A stretch of DNA of 64,000 bases, taken from NCBI GenBank assembly GCA_034780895.1, contig JAUZTB010000107.1, positions 67,104,385 through 67,168,384 of the forward strand. Reading direction: 5' to 3'. The notes beneath the pieces were generated by a model. It had not been told where the DNA came from. It made no database searches and saw only the letters and a list, made by a program, of their open reading frames with translations. Below, in pieces: positions 39,101 through 51,283 of this stretch. Within the stretch, counting starts at the first letter, position 1, and each line of letters opens with the position of its first letter. Position numbers and translations under genes: made by a program. The stretch comes from Rhynchobatus australiae (lineage: Eukaryota).

Positions 39101-42100
39101 TTGTTTGAAGTGAACTGGCTAATCTTAGATAGAATTGAAAACATCAAGATATATTCCTGCAGATGGACTACACAATGAAGTAAAGAATAATGATATAACA
39201 AGGAATCAAACATGACAAAGAGACCAAGGAGCTATCAAGCCACCGATGACACAAGTCACTGTTTTCATGAGAGGGGCAAAAGATTGGAATTTAAACAGAA
39301 TTTCAAAAAGATGCACAATGTTGGACATTACTGAGGTGTTGACAGACCAGTGCAAATATTAGATACGGGATGACGGCTGGCATGGATGGATGTTATGATG
39401 CTTAGGGTTAAGTGGAAGAGGCAGAGTAGCTAACCAAAGCAGTTACAAAATATGTTTGCTAGCATAAGATTAGGAATGAGAACTGAATGGCCAAGCACAG
39501 AAGGGTTGAAGGATCATGGAAGCAAGAGAGAGGTCTCAACGGCTGGAGCTTTTACAAGGTTGGATAGGGATGGATAGAAAACTACAAAAAGGGGTCTTGG
39601 GTTACAGAAGAACTACAGAAAACTTGTGGTTCAATCAATGAACACCATAAGTGTGGCCACTTTGAGAGTTAATTTATCAGCCTGTAATGTGATACAGGAC
39701 TCTGAAATATTAATGCAACTAACAGAGTGAAAGTAGAAATATCAGCATGTCGTGGGTATGCATTAACTATGATAGTCTACATCTATATCTGATGATTGCA
39801 AGTTCCAAGCCAAATTTTGCTCCCTCATCATAGGCATAGACATGGAGGTACATGAAAAATATTTTAAAAGTGATGCAGTTTTATTTGTTCAAGATACATC
39901 TATTAAGAAACGAGTCTACGAACTAATTGCATCTACGAACACAGAAACTAATTATTACGGATGCTAGAAATCCAAAATAGAAAGAGATGGAAATGCTCGG
40001 CAGCTCAAGAAGAATCTATGAAAAGGGAAACAGTTTGTTTTAAGTTGACTGCCTTTAATTAAAACATTAAATCACATAATTATCTGTAACTTCTGATAAA
40101 AAGGTACTCAACCTAAAACTTTACTAGTTTTCTATACACACATTTTGCCTGACCTGCTGAGTAAATATTCATTTTCTGTTTTCTTTTTAATTTTATTTAC
40201 TGTCTTGGAGTGTTTGACCCTGAAGCAAGAAAGACTGAGATAAAATGATCACATTACCTAAACAGGTTACTGCCAATGTGGCAAGATAGTTATGAACTGC
40301 AACATAATTTGCATACCACCTATGTTTCTTTAGTTATGGTAGTATCCTGCCAATTTCTGTGACAACCTTGACTCAAGTATACCCCTCTCATATTACCTTA
40401 ATCATTTGATTTAACTACTGAAGATTTTGTTTAAGAGAAAGGAGTTTAGTTCCCACTTCCAAAACAGTTAATTAGAAGCTTGAGGTGGAAAATAAATGTA
40501 GTAGACAATTTAGGTTCAAATTAGAAGCCNNNNNNNNNNNNNNNNNNNNNNNNNNNNNNNNNNNNGTGATAAAGGTCTATGAATTTTTCTCAGTATTCCT
40601 TTCCTTGATCGGCATGGAATTATGAGTGTAAAAGAATTTTTTTTTTGAAAGTTGCAACTAATCAATTTGAAGTTGAGAACTCAGTTAGTTACACACTATT
40701 TTGAGCTGAATAGCACAAGGCTCCAAAGATATCACGCTGGCACAAAAGAGCTCTGCGCATGCACCCAAGTATAAAGCTAGAGCATCGTGCTTGAGGTGAA
40801 CAGGTGCTATTCTCATGAGTCAAGAATAATCAGTTTTCTGCAGTTTCACACATTCAATGCAAATGATAGCCATTGAACCTTTAAAGTTCCTTATTGAATA
40901 TTTATATCTGGTGTCTCATGCTATAGCCAGCTTATGTTGGTCGGAGTGCAAAGAAACCCAGGTAGAAACAACTCTTAAATAGGAACAACACCCAAACTAT
41001 ACCACATTAATATTATGGTGCAATAGAAACCCAGAACATCCCCAAACCTCAGAAAAATCCAAAGGAATGCATACTACAAAATTATAGCAATACATTATCA
41101 TTTGATAATCTGGAGGCAGGGAATATTGGAATTCAACTTCAGTAGCTGAATTCTGTGCCTATACCCAAGACTCTGATACCTCTCTTGCACTCCTGGAGTG
41201 AACACAAGAAAAAGCTGGCTAACTAACACACAACTTCTCTCTTATCTCAAACCTCTCATACCATCATAAACATGTTTGTATATTTTTGATGTTAACATTC
41301 CATCTTATATCCTAGCCTCCTGCTGCCACGTTCTACTGATGTGCCAAAACCAAGTAGGTTTGGGAAATTATCGAGATAAATTTAGCCAATTTTATTTACT
41401 ATACAAATATGACAGTAAATTAGAAGAGTCTTCTGGGAGAGATTAGATAGTAACATGGCTCAGTTTAAGGGTTAACTAACTCACAAATAATTTGGAGGTT
41501 ACTAAGGGTATCAACAGTAAGATTTAGTTGCTAAAAACATCTTTCTGCATATGTTCTCGTAATTGAGGTGTGAACTACACAATATTGCTTCAAAACTTAA
41601 TTTCTTTGCAAGAATTCTAATAAAATTCATAAATCTAACTGCATAACCCACACAATGTGACCCATAATTTTCTCAGGATGCATTCCCTTTTTTTTACTAC
41701 TTGGCACTTTCTCCTCTCAGTAACTAAATTTCTAATGCACAAATTGGAGATTTAACTAACAATACAAAAATATACTTCTCTATAGCAACTGAATTTTGTG
41801 CATTTTTTAATGATACTTTTATCTGTGGCCTGAATTTATTAACTGAATTTACTTTTGTAACTTAGTAATTTTTACGTCTTCATGTTTTATGTCTATGTCT
41901 TGCACATTACTGCTGTTGCAAAACAACAAATTTCACAATATATGTCAGTGATAATAAACCGGATTTTGATTCAGCCTCTTTCAGAAAGATGGGCAGTGGA
42001 CCTAATGTTACTAGTAAGCACTAGTAACAGTCGACAACACCAAGGAATGTTTTCTTTAACCNNNNNNNNNNCTAATTTATCTTTCAAAATTATTTGAAAA

Positions 42101-43351
42101 TCTAACATCTTTAAAACTAATAACAACCTTAAAAAATTAAAAATGTGTACGCTTGTGAAGATACTACAGATTAAGCTAGTAGCTTATTTTGTATTATTCA
42201 CCACCCCAAAAAAATTATGCCTGGAATACCTTCCTCATGTTCAATTTAGCAGCTCATTTAAAAGCACATCTTCAAGTCAACAAGCACTCTCATGTCATTT
42301 GGCAGCAATGGCATGAAACATGTTTTAGTTACCTAGATAACAGGTTTCAAATACTTCCTATAAATTAAAAATAGAGGAAAATTTATTTCAAGTTTTCACA
42401 ATAAGAATGAGCTTTTAAGACAATAATTTTTAAGAGGTCCAAAATATAACTGGTCTTACAAAATATATTTAAATGAATTGTATGGACTTCTTTCATAAGG
42501 CTTCCCATTATTCTCACAGCTAAAAAAGCCTTCAAATAATTTCAGAATTATATCACTATCAACACAACCTGCCACACATCCATGTTCTATTTTTCACACC
42601 CAACCCATTGTACCCTATCCTCTCCTTTACTTTTTATTACATATCTATCTGTGNNNNNAAGTAATAATAATTACAACTTGAAGGCTGTATTTAATCTTAA
42701 TTTTAAGTGTGACAAAGGAATAGACTGAAGAAAACAAAAAGGTGGGATTGATAACTCCAGAATTCAGAATACATCATATCTGCACTTTCATCCAATTATT
42801 TCTCCACTCTCCAACTGCTTCAGATGAACAGCAAACTCCTGCGGTCTCCAGGTCCCAGGAATAAATTCCAAGAAAATCTATGATTGTTAAAAGGTCATTC
42901 AGCTAGACTGAATGTTACATCAACACTCTACATTATAAATCACTAAGCCCACATGTATTATGTAAACGACATGTGCAGAGGCATGACCAAGAGCAAGAAG
43001 GTGGAACTGGCAGGATATTAACATTTTTTATAGCAACTTATAATGGAAATATAAAAATAAGTACTGACTGTAACTTTAAAATGGCAGTTTGAATTATTTC
43101 TACTTGCCTGCACCTGTATCACTACCTTTTATTGCCACTCAGAAAACAACACTTAGTATGGATGCCCACTCAAATGCCACTGAAATGCAAGTAATTTATA
43201 AGTAATAGTTGCAGTACTCAGTGGACAAAAAAGTAGTAACTCTAAATTTATTGGCTGGCATTTCTAAATCCTTTCCAATACGAGCAAGGTTTCAAAGTCA
43301 GGATACATAAATCTTACATGTTACAAACTTCTGTGATCTTTTAACATATAC

Positions 43352-43620
43352 CTTGTATTTCTCCTTGTGGATCTTTATAAAACCACTTCATAGCAGCTTC
43401 ATGAGACAATGGCAAGGTAGCAGCTTTAGTCCGTTGCTCTTGAATTTGTTTTGATAGCCTTTCCTCATCTATGGCATNNNNNNNNNNNNNNNNNNNNNNN
43501 NNNNNNNNNNNNNNNNNNNNNNNNNNNNNNNNNNNNNNNNNNNNNNNNNNNNNNNNNNNNNNNNNNNNNNNNNNNNNCTATGGCATTGTCCTGCAAAGAT
43601 GCTACCATCTTCTCTGCTTC
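43352..43620 (-). CDS. GIGYF2: GIGYF2 exon with the start of the GYF domain (EAEKMVASLQDNAIDEERLSKQIQEQRTKAATLPLSHEAAMKWFYKDPQGEIQ), split by a spurious 100-N gap
   Basis: Acceptor ctgttcag|GAA, donor AAG|gtatat. Both gap flanks share ctatggcat; merging them gives an open 160-nt exon, phase 0-1, with WFYKDPQGEIQG. Confidence 0.93.
43478..43577. other. 100-N placeholder assembly gap with overlapping flanks (also 15876-15975 and 26795-26894)
   Basis: Identical sequence on both sides of each gap (9, 20 and 20 nt). Confidence 0.9.
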
Positions 43621-43629
43621 CTGAACAGG

Positions 43630-43697
43630 AGAGATAAGATTTCTTTATTAGTCACATGTACATCGAAACACACAGTGAAATGCATCTTTTGTGTAGA
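43630..43697 (-). mobile_element. Truncated SINE tail immediately upstream of a GIGYF2 splice acceptor
   Basis: agataagat.tctttattagtcacatgtacatcgaaacacacagtgaaatgcatctttt matches the SINE end at 7381-7455. Confidence 0.75.
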
Positions 43698-44059
43698 ATG
43701 TTCTATTATTCTCATTATCTAAAAGAGTGACTGCATGCAAGATGCAATCCAGTTACATAAACCTAAATTGATATATACATTTCCACTTCCTCAAATTTGG
43801 ACTGCCCCAACTACCTTTCACCAAAAATTTTCACAAACACCAATTTTTTTCCCATCTTCAATAGTCCAATTTTAAATCTCAAGTCAAGCCAGTTAATCAC
43901 CACATATTTTAAAGTATTCTTTAAGGCTCATAACTGCCAGACAAAATGCATTAAAAAAAATTGGAACATATGTAAAATTAATACATTTTTACCAATGACA
44001 CCTAAAGGATTTGATGTCAAGCCACTTAAGAAATAATATGATTGTGTAGAGTCAACATA

Positions 44060-45035
44060 CATTTATAAAAGGGATATCATGTTTGATTAATCTACTGGAT
44101 TTCGTTGAAGGTATATCTAGCAGGAGGAACCAGTGTATTTGAATTTTCAGAAGCTGCTATACAGAAGGTTGGTGAACAAGATTACAGCACAAGGTATTAG
44201 GGCTAACATATTAGCATAGATTGAAAGTTAGTAACAGACAGAAAACAGAAGCAATAATGAGTCTACCTCAAGTTGAGCAGCATTGACTAGTGCGGTAGTG
44301 CAGGAATCAGTTGTAATATAACGTGCAAAAATGCTGAGTATTTTTTAAATGGTGAGATATTGGAAAAAGCAGAAGTTTAAAATGAATCTGAATGCCCTTG
44401 TACACGAGTTAATGAAAGCTAGCATGCAGGTGAGGCAGACAATTATAAATGGCAAATGGCATAATAACCTTTATTTGAGTGTATGAGTACGAGAGTAACA
44501 ATTATATAGTGCCCTAGGCAAGACAACATCTGAAGTGTTATAATTTTGCATTCTTTGTATTTGTTATAAGAATGCAGTTATGATTCACCTGACTAGTTCC
44601 TGGGATAGTGAATATGTCACATGAGGAGACATTGAGTACACAAGGTCTCTATTCTCTAGAGCTTTGAATGGAAGATGACCTCATTACAAGTACAATAGTC
44701 TTCAGAAGACTCGGCAGGATAGATGCAATGAGGACATCTCTCCTGGCTGAGGAATCTAGAACTAGAGATCATGATTTGAAAGGGGTAGGCCATTTGGGAC
44801 TGAAATGAGTGGATATTTCTTCAAAGAGTGGTGAATCTTTGAAATTCTCCACTCCAGAGAGCTTGAGGCACAATCATTCACTGTTTTCTGAAATGAAATT
44901 AATAGATTTAGGGATACCAAAGTAATCAAAGGAGATGAGGCTGGAAAATGGTATCTGAGGTAGATAGCCATGAACTTGTTGAATGGCATAGCAGGCTTGA
45001 GGATATCATTGGCTTATTCTTATTTCTTATATGTA
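44060..45035 (+). mobile_element. Old decayed CR1-like LINE 3' region
   Basis: Degenerate SCL.NLL.F and YL.FQK remnants; tail gaatggcatagcaggcttgagg...ttcttatatg. Confidence 0.7.
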
Positions 45036-45176
45036 CCAATGACTCTGTACAAGCAAATAAGCAATTTTTCATTTACAGAATGGGATATACATAAAAAGAA
45101 TTTAAATTTTGACAAGATATCATTATGGGATAAAAGGGCAAGTAATTCCTAATTTATTATTCCCACTATCAAATAC

Positions 45177-45349
45177 CTGTTCAAGGTGTTTAAGCCCTTC
45201 ATCATCATCATTGTCTTGAGGTATGGCACGGTTTGCAACGGTTGAAGTTGTAGATGAGGGAGACACTGAAGATATATCAGCAGCAGGAGGAGAGCCATTA
45301 CTAGGCAGAGCTGGAGATTTCTGGTTTGAAGATGCTGAGGTTTCCATCA
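45177..45349 (-). CDS. GIGYF2: GIGYF2 exon (VMETSASSNQKSPALPSNGS...QDNDDDEGLKHLEQ)
   Basis: Acceptor gatctag|TG, donor CAG|gtattt, 173 nt, phase 1-0. Ends in the conserved DD.EGLKHLEQ. Confidence 0.9.
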
Positions 45350-45610
45350 CTAGATCACAAGTAACAATAAGAGACGGGTTAATTAAGCAACCTTAAAATA
45401 AGTAAGTTCATAATTTTATTTCTTTGACCCCTCTTGCCAAACATTCCTAAAGGATGAGCAGGATGAATTGAAGCAAATGGGTTAGAAAATATGCAAAAAT
45501 CAGAAAAAAAAAATCTCAAAAGACAAGAGATCATTAGACTGATCAGCCAAACGTAGATTTCTACAAAGCCTTGCAATTCTTTATCCAATTCATTTTAAAA
45601 TTCTCTGCAG

Positions 45611-45770
45611 AATCAGCTTCTATCCTTTCAGGCAGTGTAAAAGAAAGTTCTTGTGTAAAAGAAAGTTCTCATCTCACCTCTGTCAATTAGAATCAGCTTC
45701 TATCCTTTCAGGCAGTGTAAAAGAAAGTTCTTGTGCAAAAGAAAGTTCTCATCTCACCTCTATCAATTAG
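45611..45770. repeat. 80-bp direct tandem duplication, each unit with an internal 17-nt duplication
   Basis: 45611-45690 and 45691-45770 differ at 2 positions; gtgtaaaagaaagttct occurs twice in unit 1 and twice (one mismatch) in unit 2. Confidence 0.95.
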
Positions 45771-46934
45771 ATTTTCACTGTTTTGCAAAAAGGATATTTC
45801 CAAGGTTGCAAACTAATATGCCATGATGTTGCATCTACTCTGTATGCCCAGTGAACAGGAAATAAAAAAGAAATGTTCAACCTTTCCATTCTAGTTAAAA
45901 TAAAATCTAAACTTTAGGTTAGAAAGTTTACTTTCATTTTGATTGTTAAATGATTTTTGGTTAATCACAATTAATGTTTACATTTAGCTTTCTAAAAGTT
46001 AATTAGCAATGACCAAGATGCTGGACACCACTGGAATTGACATAACTTAAGTAGATCCAAAGCATTACACCACTAAGTTTCATTTATCTCTTTTAAACAA
46101 TAATCATGTGCCCATTCATCAGACAAATAAATCAATTGCGAGAAATTATACCAGAAAGTGTTCCCGTAATGAAAGTGTCTGTCCTAAAACATCATTCATC
46201 ATTAATTATATAAATTCCCGTGTTGGTCAATACCCATGAAACAGCTCACAATTCTGAACAGTNNNNNNNNNNNNNNNNNNNNNNNNNNNNNAAAATTCAA
46301 AGGTATCAGGGATGAGGTGGTAAAGTAGGTGGTATGAAAGGAATTCTCATGCTTCAGTGGTTATGTTCTGACTACAAAAAGTTTGGCATTACAACAAATG
46401 CATGTAACAGATAAACGAAATGAGAAGACAACACAAAAGCAATGGACATGGAATGTGAAGAATTTTGTAAAAATGCATATGAATACACTTCTACTTTCAA
46501 ACTGATTTATGACCACATATTGGTATATCCTTAAAATCTTTGGAATTAAAATCATAAATCTATCTTGTATAGAACTAAAAGTAATGAATATCTATTGCAT
46601 TTATTGATTTGAAAAACACATCTCAAGTTTGTAATTCAAGACTAAACGATGCTATGAATTACTGCTCACATTTAATGATCTGTTTTATAAAGGACCACTT
46701 CAGAACAACTTTCTTCCTGATTGTAGTATTTCTATATCATGTATATCTTTTGAAATAAGAGATACTCTCTCAGAAAATCATTATCACGAGAGAGAAAAAA
46801 TAAAGTAACTTAATTTATACATAATCTCTTTTATTCTAAATCTCTTAAATGTCAGAATACTAGGATAAACAGCACAATTTAGGTGTTCTCTAATGCTTCA
46901 AAACCTTTATACATCTATCATACAGGGGCATTAC

Positions 46935-47093
46935 CTTCAGGGGCAGATTTGCTTTGTTGTGCATCCTCACTTTTTTCTGATTTGTCTTCTTCCTTTTTGG
47001 GTGGGCTGGAAACCATTGGTATCTGTGGGTCTGTAGGAGGAGTTGGTGAAGTTGCACAGGGAATGTCTTTGGACTCTTCCATTTTGTTTGTTT
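46935..47093 (-). CDS. GIGYF2: GIGYF2 low-complexity exon (ETNKMEESKDIPCATSPTPPTDPQIPMVSSPPKKEEDKSEKSEDAQQSKSAPE)
   Basis: Acceptor actttacag|AA, donor AAG|gtaatg, 159 nt, phase 1-1, fits the flanking exon phases. Sequence is poorly conserved, so the call rests on splice sites and frame. Confidence 0.75.
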
Positions 47094-47758
47094 CTGTAAA
47101 GTCAAATAATAAGCAACCCATAGCATACAGTAAACAGTCTCAATTCAGAAAGAAGTTTCATAAAACAGGGTTCTGATTTCACATTATACTTTCCTGCGCT
47201 ATGAATACTTTGAAGATAATTGACTTAAAATCTCTCCAACATCATCTTTTTATGCAGCTTCTGCAAGTCCAATAGATCCAGTTACATAAATGGACTACTT
47301 TTTCCCAGTGAAAGGGAACATATAATATACAGTCAGAGCTCTTGCAGTATAATTTGAGATCATCTCATCAAATCTTCCTCGGAATTCAAAGAAACCAATG
47401 AGTTCTTTTGGCATACTGATCTGGAAAATCTGTGGCTCAATGCAATCTGTGGCTAATTATCTTTTGTTATACAAATTAGTATGAAAAAGGCCGCTGCACT
47501 CCAGAGGACATGGTATGCATGTGAAGATGATGGTTAAGAGTTAAATTAGCCTAATTGCAATATGAAGGTTACTTTGGCTGGTCTACCTGTGAAAATATCC
47601 CCAAATCTAGATATTGAAGCTTATATCTTTATGAAGGAATTGCAAGAAAGGGTATAATAGAAAACTGACAAGAAAATCAATTTAAAAAACTTGTGGGTCA
47701 TATCTCATTATCCTGCAGCTGAAATTATCACAGCCAAATAGAACAATTGATAATGTAC

Positions 47759-47900
47759 CTTCATCAGTCTCTTTTTTGGTGTTCTTGTCAGGTTCCTTAG
47801 CTTCTTTTTCACTTTCCTCTGAGTTTGATCTTTCTCCTCCATCCTCTATCTGCTTAAAATCTAATTCCTGTTCCTCTGGAATAGGTTCTTTGGGAGTCTT
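47759..47900 (-). CDS. GIGYF2: GIGYF2 exon (KTPKEPIPEEQELDFKQIEDGGERSNSEESEKEAKEPDKNTKKETDE)
   Basis: Acceptor gctttatag|AAG, donor AAG|gtacat, 142 nt, phase 0-1. KEPIPEEQE.DF and EAKEPDK match GIGYF2. Confidence 0.92.
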
Positions 47901-48409
47901 CTATAAAGCAGTAAGGTAAAGAATATATGCAGCTAAAAACTTCTGTTAACAATTAAAATACATGAATAAAACAAAATAAAGAAATTAAATGTTGACAGAA
48001 TTATATTGCACAGAAGATTTAGAAATCCACTTATTAATCTGCTACGAACATTCTCACTTGGAGAGTGGGTTCTGATCAGAGGCAGGACTACTATATCAAA
48101 GTGACAAAGCTGCATGTTTGAGTCCATCTTAAGTGTTCTGTGGGAAGTGATTCTCTTGATTTCTCTGCCTTTTCACATCTGAAAGGTACAACTCAGATAA
48201 TGGTCTACTAGCCCAGATGAGTATAGCTCAAGTCACACTCAAAAAGCTTGACAACATGCAGAGAGCATCTTTTACAGCCTTTTCTCAGTAGCAGTGCTAA
48301 CAAGTCAGGTTACATATTCAAGGCTCTTTCTAGAGACATAGTGAATGTCCTTTGACACTTCAATACAATACTTGGAAGGTCCATTATTCCACACCCCATT
48401 GTCCTATTC

Positions 48410-48740
48410 ATAGGATCAAAGATATAGCATAGGAACAGGTCCTTCAACCCATCATCAACCATGCATTTTACACTAATCACATTTAATCTCCCCACATTCC
48501 CATCAACAGCCCCCAGATTCCACCCATTACCTAAACACTAGGGGAAATTTACAGTGGACAATTAACCTTCCAACCTACACATCTTTGGGATGAGAGAGAA
48601 AACCTGAGCGTTTGGGCAAAACCATACAGTCACAGGGAGAACATGCAAACTCCATATATACATCAGCCAAGGTCAGGATTGAACCTGGCTCTCTGGCACT
48701 GCAAGGCAGCGGCTTGACCAGATGTGCCAATGTGGTGCCC
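48410..48740 (-). mobile_element. Near full-length tRNA-derived SINE (HE1/V-SINE-like) with a CR1-like tail
   Basis: Minus-strand 5' gggcaccacattggcacatctgg...caggttcaatcctgacc (A/B boxes); 3' end resembles the CR1 tails, as expected for SINE/LINE tail sharing. Confidence 0.82.
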
Positions 48741-48744
48741 ATTT

Positions 48745-48950
48745 TATTCAAGTGGATGTAAATCCTGCATCACTATTGGGAGAGAGTTGCCTGATGCTTT
48801 GGCTAAAATTTAACTTCAACCTACATTAATAAAAAAAATCTGATCATTTGTCTCATTTCTACTGTACAATTTGTCTTTGCACAAATTGGCCGCCAAGCCC
48901 CACTTCAACAGCAACTCCAAAGTACTTAGCCAACAAATGTCCCTTTGCAC
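48745..48950 (+). mobile_element. Highly decayed DeuSINE-like (SacSINE1/AmnSINE-related) remnant; similar remnant at ~54880-55030
   Basis: ttgcacaaattggccgcc...caacagcaactccaaagtactt resembles my recollection of the Deu-domain/tail consensus; not aligned. Confidence 0.45.
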
Positions 48951-49489
48951 ATCCCGTAATCACGAAAATCAATGTCAGCTGCTTCTTATTTTTACATAAA
49001 ATACATTTTTCAATGCAGTCATCATTTTCCAGTACCAGAACACAAATAAGCATTCGTCTAAGAAATAGATAATTAGCCTTAATTACAAGTTCTCCAGATC
49101 AGAAATGGCAGGTTAACTGCCGCCAACTTTCCATTTGACAACATCTCTCAGCATCTACCTCAAAATTCAACCCATGTACACCATTATGATTTTGTTTTAG
49201 GACAGTTTTTTTTTAAGTCTTGTTGAATTAGCCTCAAATCATTTAATTACATTGACTGCAAGTTGATAGAAAAACTGCCTTACTCAGTGTACAATAAAAG
49301 TTAGTAATCCAGAAGTAATTTTCATCCTCGTGTGGGCGTAATCAGGCATTAAGTTGTGGATGTTTCAATGAGAACTGCATTATATGGAAGCTAATAAAAA
49401 TCCAGATACGGAAACAAGTAACATGAATAACAACAGCCATCATTCCAGGAAATTCAAAGTTAAAAAATGTGCAATTAGAATTTCCCCAC

Positions 49490-49689
49490 CTTTAAGGACA
49501 TAAATGCGCCTGAAGAATCAAATGTCCCCATCTCTTCATCTGCATCCTCTAGACACCATTCTGGCAAACTGTCCTTTTCATCATCCACATTACTGCTACC
49601 TGAGCGCACTCGTCTATAACTTCGTTCATCATCTCGATCTCTATAATCAAATTCAAACCGTCTCCTGCGCTCTGTAGTTTCTCTCCAAC
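49490..49689 (-). CDS. GIGYF2: GIGYF2 exon carrying the DDX6/Me31B-binding motif (GWRETTERRRRFEFDYRDRDDERSYRRVRSGS...DSLPEWCLEDADEEMGTFDSSGAFMSLK); acceptor ambiguous
   Basis: Donor AAG|gtgggg. In-frame acceptor ttctacag|GT at 49689 (200 nt, phase 1-0). The acceptor at the ancestral position (49706) gives 217 nt and is out of frame. LPEWCLED...GTFDSSGAF matches GIGYF proteins. Confidence 0.88.
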
Positions 49690-51283
49690 CTGTAGAACAA
49701 GCCCATCTGTTAAAAAGTGTGAACACAAATTAATGCTAAAACAATGTAAATTCTCGAAACGACACTGTTAAGAGGCAATAAAAAAGTCTAAAAGTTCCAA
49801 GTAGTAATTAATCTCAACAGATTAGGAGCAATGGCTTTAGAACCTTAATTTGGAATGGGGATTTTGGTCTGAAGTAATTTCTGATCTGTACTGATAATCC
49901 ATGCATATACTAAGTTTTGAGAGGAAAGAATCAAACTATAGAGTTTATTAATCTAATAACCAAGGTTTTTGTGTTAAGAGAAATATCATGAGCTTCAAAA
50001 TAAGAGGGTGAGTGTGTTAATGTCTCTCATTTCACCACTAACTATTTATACATTTATATATATTTTTCCCCTCACAGGTTATTTGAATATGACTTTGTTA
50101 GAGTCAACAACTGGCAGATAATCTATAACACAGAAACTGGTGAGAATTCAGCTCAGAATATTCAACAAAATGCCCATTCAGATTCATTTTAATAAATGCT
50201 GCCACCTCTCTCTTTCCTCAATGCAAATGTTGTCTATGAACCAAACTGAATGTTCAACATAAAAGTGGTGGCCAATTTCTGAATCTCTCATTCACCAAAT
50301 TCAGCTGTGGACGTCATTGTAATTTCTCTAATTGAGATAAATTTATATCAAGTATATATTTCAATACATTATAATATTTCAATTTTATACTTCTGAAGAA
50401 TCAAGTATGAATTGAAATATCAAAACATTACAACATATTTTGAAATACTCAGAATGTGACTGGCAGTAATATGGTTTAGTAAGAAATTAAAAACTCAATT
50501 TCTCATGCAACATTGCACTACACTTTCAGGGTATTTTACAAGCTTCAAATATCTGAAGTTTATCAATTCACTGATACCTAGATATTATCCTGGAAAAGAC
50601 TGAAAAACAACTTACCCTGTTGTAGGAGAAATAACAAAGATGGATCTATGTTTAACTGTGCACGTGTGAACTTCAAAAGATGCTGTTAGCTTCATAGTGT
50701 AATGATGAATTCTAAAAACCCAGCTAACAAATCTGCCATGACAACACAGCACCATCTATGGGTTCAATTCTAGAAAAGCACTGCAATTCCTTGGAAACTT
50801 GCACTATAAATCTGAAGCTTCAAACTGTGCGGCAAGCAAGATCTAGCACCCTATGTTTAGAAAGCTAGTAAAACTGAGCCAACTGGGATGATCTATTAAC
50901 TTCCTTGCAATAAGTACAAATCAATTCAATTGCAACCGATTAATAGAATGAGATGTTATTTCTATCAGCTTCCTTTAAATATGATCAATTCAGTCCATCA
51001 TTCCCATTCTGGACTTAACAACAGAACAGACTTACAACCTGGCCAACCATCTTCACTGTTCAAGCTGTCGTTTGTTAAAAGTTTGCAGATTTTAAAGGGC
51101 TACCTTTAAATTTATTCCATTATTTATAAAAAATATGCAGTTTTCTGTGTCACAATTTCACTCTCACTCTTTCCATACCCTAACTGATATTGCCAAAATT
51201 CCATTATACATCCAGTACAACATGACAGACAGCAGCTAAACCTTTACCATTAGCAGGCCAAGAAACTTATTCAGCTCTCACAC

